DNA of 64,000 nt from an uncultured Gemmataceae bacterium (lineage in GTDB: Bacteria > Planctomycetota > Planctomycetia > Gemmatales > Gemmataceae). Position numbers and translations under genes: made by a program. A model generated the notes under the pieces. It did no database searches, was not told where the DNA came from, and worked only from the letters and a program-made list of their open reading frames with translations. Every line of letters starts with the position of its first letter. Position 1 is the stretch's first letter. Positions 57,773 to 64,000 of the stretch are shown one piece after another. The stretch spans positions 928,001 to 992,000 of the forward strand of contig CAVVPN010000004.1 in assembly GCA_963750165.1 (NCBI GenBank), in the 5' to 3' direction.

Positions 57773-59919
57773 ATGGCCAAGCATCGGGTTGAAGACGTAC
57801 GAACGGTCGCCCTCGTCGGACATGAGCAGGCCGGGAAGACCACCCTGGCGGACGACCTGCTGTTCAAGGCCAGGGCGGTGGAGCGCCGCGGCAGCGTGGA
57901 CGACGGCACCAGCGTGTCCGACTTCGAGGACGAGGAAAAGCGCGTCAAGTATTCCATCGACACCAGCGTGCTGCACCTGGAATACAAGGGCAAGTTGATC
58001 CACCTGCTGGACGCCCCGGGCAAGCCGGAGTTCGTCGGCGCCGCTCTGGGGGCGCTGAACGCGGTGGACACCGCCATCATCGTCATCAACGGCGCCGCGG
58101 GCATCCAGGTCAACACGCGGCGCATGTTCCAGGAGGCCGGCAAGCGCGGTCTGGGGCGCGTCATTGTCATCAACAAGATGGACGCCGACAACATCCACTT
58201 CCCCGAGCTACTGCAGAACATCCAGGCCACGTTCGGCAAGGGCTGTGCGTTGTGGGACGCGCCGATCGGTCAGGGCGCATCGTTCACTGGCGACGTGGAC
58301 GTGTTCCACCCGCCCGCGGTCATTCCCGCCGGCTGTCTGGTGGACGTGGCCGCGGCCCGGGCCCGGCTGGTGGACTGCATCGTCGAGAGCGACGAGCAGT
58401 TGATGGAAAAGTTCCTGGGCGAAGGCGACATCAGCCCGGAGGAGCTGGCCGCCGCCATGCCGCAGGCCATCGCCGCCGAGAGCGTCGTGCCGATCTTCTG
58501 CACCTCCGCGAAGAAGGACCTCGGCGTCGAGGAACTGCTCGACGCCATCGTGGACTTCATGCCGTCGCCGGCGCAGGCGAAGAAGCGCACCGCCCAGAAG
58601 GGGCAGAACGGTCAGGTCCAGGAGGTGGCGCTGGAGCCGAAGGAGTCCGGCGAGTTCGTGGCCCAGGTGTTCAAGACCAACAACGACAAGTTCGTCGGCA
58701 ACCTGGCGTACTTCCGCGTGCTGTCGGGCCGGGCCAGCGTCGATCAGCCGTTCGTGAACCTGCGCACCGGCAAGCAATCGAAGACGGCCGGCTTCCTGCT
58801 GATGCAGGGCAAGGGCCAGCAGACTGTCACCGAGGCTGGCCCCGGCGACATCGTGGCCGTGGCCAAGGTCGAGGATCTGCACATCGGCGACACCCTCGGC
58901 GCTAACGCCAACGCGCCGCGGCTGCCCAAGCCGGTCTACCCAACGCCGATGTACGGCCTGGCGGTTGAGCCGAAGGCGCGCGGCGACGAGCAGAAGATTT
59001 CGACGAGCCTGGCGAAGATCGCCGACGAGGATCCGACCTTCAAGGTCAGCCGCGACGCGCAGACGAAGGAGATGGTCATCACCGGCATGAGCCAGCTGCA
59101 CCTGGACACGGTGCAGCACCGGCTGAAGCGGCGTTACGACCTGGAAGTCATCACGCACGAGCCGAAGATCCCCTACCGCGAGACGATCACGGGCAACGCC
59201 GAGGCCAGCCATCGCCACAAGAAGCAGTCCGGCGGCCGCGGCCAGTTCGGCGAGGTCCACCTGCGCGTCTACCCGCTGCCGCGTGAGATCGACAGCAAGG
59301 AAAAACTGGAGTCCGAGTACGCCACCAAGGAGCGCTTCGAGAAGCTGCGCATCGACCACACGCACTTCGACGAGCAGCACCGTTTCGCGTTCCTTGACAC
59401 GGTGGTCGGCGGCTCGATCCCGAACCAGTTCATCCCGGCGATCGAGAAGGGCTGCAAGGAACTGCTGGAGCGCGGGCGCTGGCAGGCTACCCCATCGAGA
59501 ACGTGGCAGTGGAGGTGTTCTTCGGCAAGGACCATCCGGTGGACAGCTCGGAAGCGGCGTTCAAGACGGCCGGCCGCATCGCTTTCAAGAACGCCTTTTT
59601 GTCGGCGCATCCGGTGCTGCTGGAGCCGATGGTGCATCTGGAGGTGACGGTGCCGTCGCGCTTCACCGGCAACATCCTGAGCGACCTGAACACGAAGCGC
59701 TGCCGGGTGGAGAACCAGGACCAACTGCCAGGTGATCTGGCGGTAATCAAGGCGCTGGGGCCGCTGGCGGAGCTGACGCGCTACAAGGCGGCGCTGGACA
59801 GCATCACGCAGGGCCAGGGCTCGTACACGATGGAGTTCAGCCATTACGACGTGGTGCCGGGCAACGTCCAGGCCAACATCGTCAAGCACGCCAAGCTAGC
59901 CGCGGACGAGGAGGATTAA
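57773..59919 (+). CDS. fusA: Elongation factor G-like protein (divergent EF-G2 type), frameshifted near 59475
   Basis: GHEQAGKTT, SIDT, DAPG, NKMD, EDPTF, IPYRETI, KKQSGGRGQFG, HPVDSSE.AF, LLEP, SITQGQGSY. Confidence 0.92.
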
Positions 59920-59925
59920 AAAAGA

Positions 59926-59968
59926 GAATTCACCACGGAGCGCGCTCCGCGTGCTCCGTGGTGAATTC
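59926..59968. terminator. Short ACGGAG-type inverted repeat between convergent genes
   Basis: GAATTCACCACGGAG...CTCCGTGGTGAATTC; related to the elements at 12849 and 23197. Confidence 0.7.
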
Positions 59969-59976
59969 CTCCGGGG

Positions 59977-60819
59977 TCAGCGCCCCGACGCCGCGACGGG
60001 GACGTAGCGCTGGATGCGGAACGTGGCGGCGTTCTGCCGCAGCCACTGCTGGGCGGCCGCCGGGAAGTCCTGGAAATTCTGCGGCGGCGTCCAGCCGTCC
60101 TTCGCCGTGATGCCGAGCCGGCCGAACAGGTAGCGGCCATTGAGCGGGTCGAGCGGGCTCGCCTGCCAGTTGGCCTCCGCCACCGCCATCAGGATCAGCT
60201 TGCTCTCGTCGGCGTTGATCGGCTCGGTCTTCTTCGAGAAGGTGCCGCGGTACGTGCCGATCAGCAGGGCCGCGGTCTGCACACGATCCGCGGCAGTCGA
60301 GGAGCGCAGGCTCTCCAGCGGCGCCCGCAGCAGCCTGACCTTGTGCTTGACCTTGGTGATTTCGTTGGCGAACGTCTGGCCGTTGGGGTCGCGCAGGACC
60401 ACGCCCGGCATCCCGACCAGCTGATACACCGGCTCCTTGAAGTGTTTGGTCAGGTAGAACAGCCCTTCCTGACCGGTCTTGAGTTCCGGGTTGCGCGGCA
60501 ACCGCGGCAGCTTGATCTTCGGGTTCACGGTCGGGGGCAGCTGGAAGGCGATGCGTACCGTCTGGACGCGCTCGGTGCCCTTGATCGTGTCGCTGACCTT
60601 GACGACCGCGACCTTGTACTTCACTGTGGCCGGCCCGTTGGGCGTGAACGGCAGGTCGATGTCCTTGTCCTCAATGGCCGTGACCGTGCCGACGACCACA
60701 ACCTGCGCCAGCACCAGCCGATCCGGCCCCGTCGGCCGCGCCACGACTCCGGCACGTGCTGCCGCCGTCACCGCCAGGCAGCCCAGGCCCAGCACCAAAC
60801 CCACCCACAATCGTCGCAT
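59977..60819 (-). CDS. Hypothetical secreted protein
   Basis: AAGGAG RBS, signal peptide ending AARA, VVVVGTVTAIE beta domain followed by a helical domain. Confidence 0.78.
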   Translation of the reverse strand: MRRLWVGLVLGLGCLAVTAAARAGVVARPTGPDRLVLAQVVVVGTVTAIEDKDIDLPFTPNGPATVKYKVAVVKVSDTIKGTERVQTVRIAFQLPPTVNPKIKLPRLPRNPELKTGQEGLFYLTKHFKEPVYQLVGMPGVVLRDPNGQTFANEITKVKHKVRLLRAPLESLRSSTAADRVQTAALLIGTYRGTFSKKTEPINADESKLILMAVAEANWQASPLDPLNGRYLFGRLGITAKDGWTPPQNFQDFPAAAQQWLRQNAATFRIQRYVPVAASGR

Positions 60820-60953
60820 CAGGGTGCTCCTTTGTAAAATGATGATCGCCTCGGATGTTGATTCGACGAACCAGCCCGGTTCACGGATTGCCCTGCCCCG
60901 TAATATTATGACAGGAACTAATTCTGTCGAGCCAAATCGTGAGCACTGATTGC

Positions 60954-62156
60954 ATGAGTATTCCCGATCCTGCCGCCGCGCCGGCGGCAGCGCTTGCGCT
61001 GCCGGTGGTGCGTCTGAAGATTCAACGGCGTTCTGGTCACCCCTGGGTGTTCCAGAAGATGGTGGAGAAGCCGGCGACGCGGCTGCCCGGCGGCAGCGTC
61101 GTGGACATCGTGGACCGCGACGAGACCTGGGTGGGCCGCGGCTTCTACAACGGCCATTCGCGGATCGCCCTGCGTGTGCTGACGGCCGACCGCGCCGAGG
61201 CCATCGACGCCGACTTTTTCGCGCGGCGGCTGGCGCGGGCGGTGGCCCTGCGGCGCGACTGGCTGAAGCTGGACGCAGTCAGCGACGCCTACCGCCTGGT
61301 GCATTCGGAAGGCGACGACCTGAGCGGCCTGGTGGTGGACCGCTTCGGCGACACGCTGGTGCTGGAGTTTTTCGCGGCGGGCATGTCCCGCTGGCGCGAA
61401 GCGATCACCGCGGCGCTAACGGCTCACTTCCCGGACAGCCGCTTCTACTGGTTCGCCGAGGAGCACGTGCAGAAGCAGGAGTCGTTCGACTGCCGGCCGC
61501 CGGAACCGCCACCGCCGACGGTCATCCGCGAGCACGGCCTGCGCTTCCGGGTGGCGCCGGGCAGCAAGCACAAGACGGGCTTTTTCCTGGACCAGCGCGA
61601 CAACCGGCGGGCGCTGGCGGACTTCTGCGGCGGCAAGCGCGTGCTGGACCTGTGCTGCAACACAGGCGGTTTCGCGGTGTACGCCAAGGCGCTGGGCGGC
61701 GCGGACGAGGTGACTGGTGTGGACCTGGACGAGCAGGTGCTGGCGCTGGCGAAGCAAAACGCGAACCTGAACCAGGCGCGCGTGCGGTTCGTGCAGGCGG
61801 ACCTGTTCGCGTGGCTGCGCGAGGTGCTGCCGGGCGGCCAGCGCTTCGACGTGGTGGTGCTCGACCCGTCGAAGCAGACGCGCGACCGCGAGGAACTGGA
61901 CTACGCGCTGAAGCGCTACTTCGACATGAACAAGCTGGCGCTGCAGGCGGTGGCGCCGGGCGGCATCTTGCTGACGTGCTCCTGTACGGGGCTGGTGAGC
62001 GAGGCCGACTTTTTGGAGGCGCTGCGGCGGGCGGCGTGGCAGGCGAACCGGCGGGTGCAGGTGCTGCGCGTCGGCGGGGCGGCGGCGGACCACCCGTATC
62101 TGTTGCAGGTGCCGGAGGGGCGGTATTTGAAGGCGGTGTTCTGTCGGGTCGAGTAA
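60954..62156 (+). CDS. rlmI: Class I SAM-dependent rRNA methyltransferase (RlmI/YccW-like)
   Basis: GHPWVF PUA domain, RLVHSEGD.LSGL.VD, KTGFFLDQRDNR, LDLCCNTGGF, LDP, TCSC, YLK. Confidence 0.9.
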   Translation: MSIPDPAAAPAAALALPVVRLKIQRRSGHPWVFQKMVEKPATRLPGGSVVDIVDRDETWVGRGFYNGHSRIALRVLTADRAEAIDADFFARRLARAVALRRDWLKLDAVSDAYRLVHSEGDDLSGLVVDRFGDTLVLEFFAAGMSRWREAITAALTAHFPDSRFYWFAEEHVQKQESFDCRPPEPPPPTVIREHGLRFRVAPGSKHKTGFFLDQRDNRRALADFCGGKRVLDLCCNTGGFAVYAKALGGADEVTGVDLDEQVLALAKQNANLNQARVRFVQADLFAWLREVLPGGQRFDVVVLDPSKQTRDREELDYALKRYFDMNKLALQAVAPGGILLTCSCTGLVSEADFLEALRRAAWQANRRVQVLRVGGAAADHPYLLQVPEGRYLKAVFCRVE

Positions 62157-62213
62157 AATCAGTTGTCGATTGGTGTGAGCGAGCCGTCGCACTCGTGTCC
62201 GAGGATCGAGCGC

Positions 62214-62432
62214 ATGATGTACCGAGTTCCCCTGGTGTTCACTCCGCAGCCGGAGGGCGGTTATACCGTTACCTCACCCGCGCTGCCGGAACTGCTGACG
62301 GAAGGCGACCCCCTGGAAGCAGCCAAGGCCAACGTCCAAGACGCCTTCGAGGCGGTCGTCGAACTCTATGCGGAGCAGAAGCGGGCGCTGCCGACGAGTA
62401 TCTCCCTTCCCCCGCCCGATGAGGTCGTCTGA
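62214..62432 (+). CDS. hicB: HicB-family antitoxin-like protein (no partner seen)
   Basis: PQPEGGYTVTSPALPELLTEGD.LE.A.ANV.DA. Confidence 0.8.
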   Translation: MMYRVPLVFTPQPEGGYTVTSPALPELLTEGDPLEAAKANVQDAFEAVVELYAEQKRALPTSISLPPPDEVV

Positions 62433-62461
62433 AGCGAAGTCGGGTTCTTGAGGATTCATCC

Positions 62462-63208
62462 ATGACGGCGGATTCCGCGAAAGATACCGGCGACCTTCGC
62501 GTTAGCTGTGAGTGCGGTAAATGGCTCCCCGTCGAGGCAAGCGCGGCCGGCACCGCGATCACCTGCCCGTGCGGCGGCCGGGTCGTGGTGCCGCTGCTGG
62601 AGGAGTTCCGGGTGCGCCCGCACTTGCTGTCCGCCGCGTCCATCGAGCGCCGGGTCCGCCGCTTAATTGCCGCCGGCGAACTACCGGCCGCCGACACCTG
62701 CGCCTGCTGTGGCGCCGAACAGGCGGAGGTGGTACGCATCGAACTGGAGTGCGAGCGCTACACCGCCCGCGCTTATGGGGGCGAGCGTTTCCTGATCCTG
62801 CCGGTGTTTTCTTTCGTGTTCTGGATGACGTGGCGGGAAGAGGAGCGGGTGGAAGTCCGCGGCCGGGATACCGACGTTCCGGCGCCCGTCTGCCTGTGTG
62901 CGCTGTGCAAGAGTCGCTTCTACCGCCGCGCTGGTTGGGCCTATCCCGCATTGACGGCCCTGGCTGTGGCCGCGGGCGGTCTGGTCGCCCTGGCCCTGTT
63001 CCTGGGCGAATTGCCGGTGTATCTCGACGTGCTCGCCGGCCTGGGGGTGGTTCTGATTGGACTGCTCGGCCTGGCATTGTGGCGGCGCCGGGACTTCCAG
63101 TCGCGGCAGCGGCAGCTCAAGGCCCTGCTCAGCCAGGTGCCCCTGTACCGGCAGGTGCTGGAGCGTTACCGGAATGCCCTTGTCGTTCTGCCGCCGGAAG
63201 CGCCATGA
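62462..63208 (+). CDS. Hypothetical Cys-rich (Zn-finger) membrane protein
   Basis: CECG...CPCG, CACC, CLCALC; hydrophobic segments. Confidence 0.7.
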   Translation: MTADSAKDTGDLRVSCECGKWLPVEASAAGTAITCPCGGRVVVPLLEEFRVRPHLLSAASIERRVRRLIAAGELPAADTCACCGAEQAEVVRIELECERYTARAYGGERFLILPVFSFVFWMTWREEERVEVRGRDTDVPAPVCLCALCKSRFYRRAGWAYPALTALAVAAGGLVALALFLGELPVYLDVLAGLGVVLIGLLGLALWRRRDFQSRQRQLKALLSQVPLYRQVLERYRNALVVLPPEAP

Positions 63209-63348
63209 TGCCGGCGGGAAACTGCCGCGGCTCACGCCAGCCCGCGCACCAGGTCGCCCGTATACAGCGCGCTGGGCATCACCTCACACTCCGCCCAGCA
63301 GCCGACGCAGCCGTCCACCCATTCCCGGGCCACCGCTTTTCCCCCACC

Positions 63349-63798
63349 TCACGCCCCGCCGCTCCGCAGCTGCTTGACGGCCGCCGACACGTCCTCGCCG
63401 AGCACCGCCAGCCCCTTCGACTTCAGATGCTTCATCGCCAGCCCGGTCGCCTGGCCGTCGTTCTTGGCCGCGCGCAGGTCGGCCGCGACCGGCCCCAGCT
63501 CGCGCACGATGGCGGCCACGTCCAGCGTTTTCGGCAGCAGCGCCTCCAGGTAGACGTTCTCCTGCCCCAGGCGCTCGTAGGCCGCGTGCGTCGTCTGGCC
63601 GCGCTGCTCCAGTTCCTTGCGTGTCTCGGCGTTGTTGGTCATCATCGAGCGGATGATGGCGTGGATTTCGGTGTCGGGCGGCAGCTTGCCGGTGCGGGCC
63701 TGGCGTGTCGAAACCTCGCCGAGGATGACGCGCAACAGGTCGCGGGCCAGGTCGTTCCGGGCCTTGACCGCCTCTTGCAATTTTGCCTGCAGGTCCAT
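63349..63798 (-). CDS. GatB/YqeY domain protein
   Basis: LQEAVKARND.ARD.LR, E..YLEALLPKTL, G.AMK.LK..G..V.G..V. Confidence 0.85.
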   Translation of the reverse strand: MDLQAKLQEAVKARNDLARDLLRVILGEVSTRQARTGKLPPDTEIHAIIRSMMTNNAETRKELEQRGQTTHAAYERLGQENVYLEALLPKTLDVAAIVRELGPVAADLRAAKNDGQATGLAMKHLKSKGLAVLGEDVSAAVKQLRSGGA

Positions 63799-64000
63799 GA
63801 ATCGGCTCCTTTCGCGGGTGGTTCGGTGCAGCACGGCCGCCGGGCGGGGCGCGTCTGGCGATTGTCCGGGTATCCGATTATAATGCGGAGGGTGTGAGCA
63901 GGGAGGCGGAAAAAGTCGAACCGCTCTCGGCTTGTGCTCGTCCTCTCGCCTGAGCGGCGGCAGTCCGCATCCTCATAATGTCACGAAAGCGCGTGTCATG

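Noticed and set aside
63915..63945. ECF-type promoter GAAC-N17-CGTC before an ATG at the window end
   Set aside because: Short motif that is frequent by chance, and the downstream gene lies outside the window
1..64000. Prophage, defence island, tRNA/rRNA genes, secondary-metabolite cluster
   Set aside because: No integrase, phage structural, restriction, NRPS/PKS or structural-RNA signatures were recognised by eye

Overview
High-GC bacterial chromosome segment. Gene content points to a planctomycete, most likely Gemmataceae (inference): PQQ-type beta-propellers, DUF4058, a TIGR02999-type ECF sigma, many Ser/Thr kinases and phosphatases, methanofuran/H4MPT-pathway homologues and the 'RKLRLFAVACCR...HVRGCWVVDLLLGK' family. 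It is mostly core genes (parA, ada, glmS, GlmU-like, Hsp70-like, LptF/G, AsmA-like, moaE-moaA, aroDE-aroK-prepilin peptidase-hisH-hisA, a divergent EF-G, rlmI) mixed with signalling genes and secreted hydrolases. No rRNA, tRNA or CRISPR array was recognised. Nine genes carry frameshifts, mostly one base missing from a short G/C run, which is most likely sequencing or assembly error. The least explained signals are: (1) a dispersed family of short elements with shared inverted ends (TAG(C/A)GCGGTTC...GAACCGC) but different interiors, two supplying a neighbour's stop codon and one at an apparent deletion junction; (2) about eight further families of intergenic palindromes; (3) a secreted SpoIVB-like peptidase whose catalytic motifs are in permuted order, paired with a large beta-propeller protein; (4) a zinc-ribbon/pseudokinase/PP2C fusion in a phospho-signalling cluster; (5) an internally deleted IS630 with intact ends. 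All assignments come from motif recognition by eye; no searches were run.
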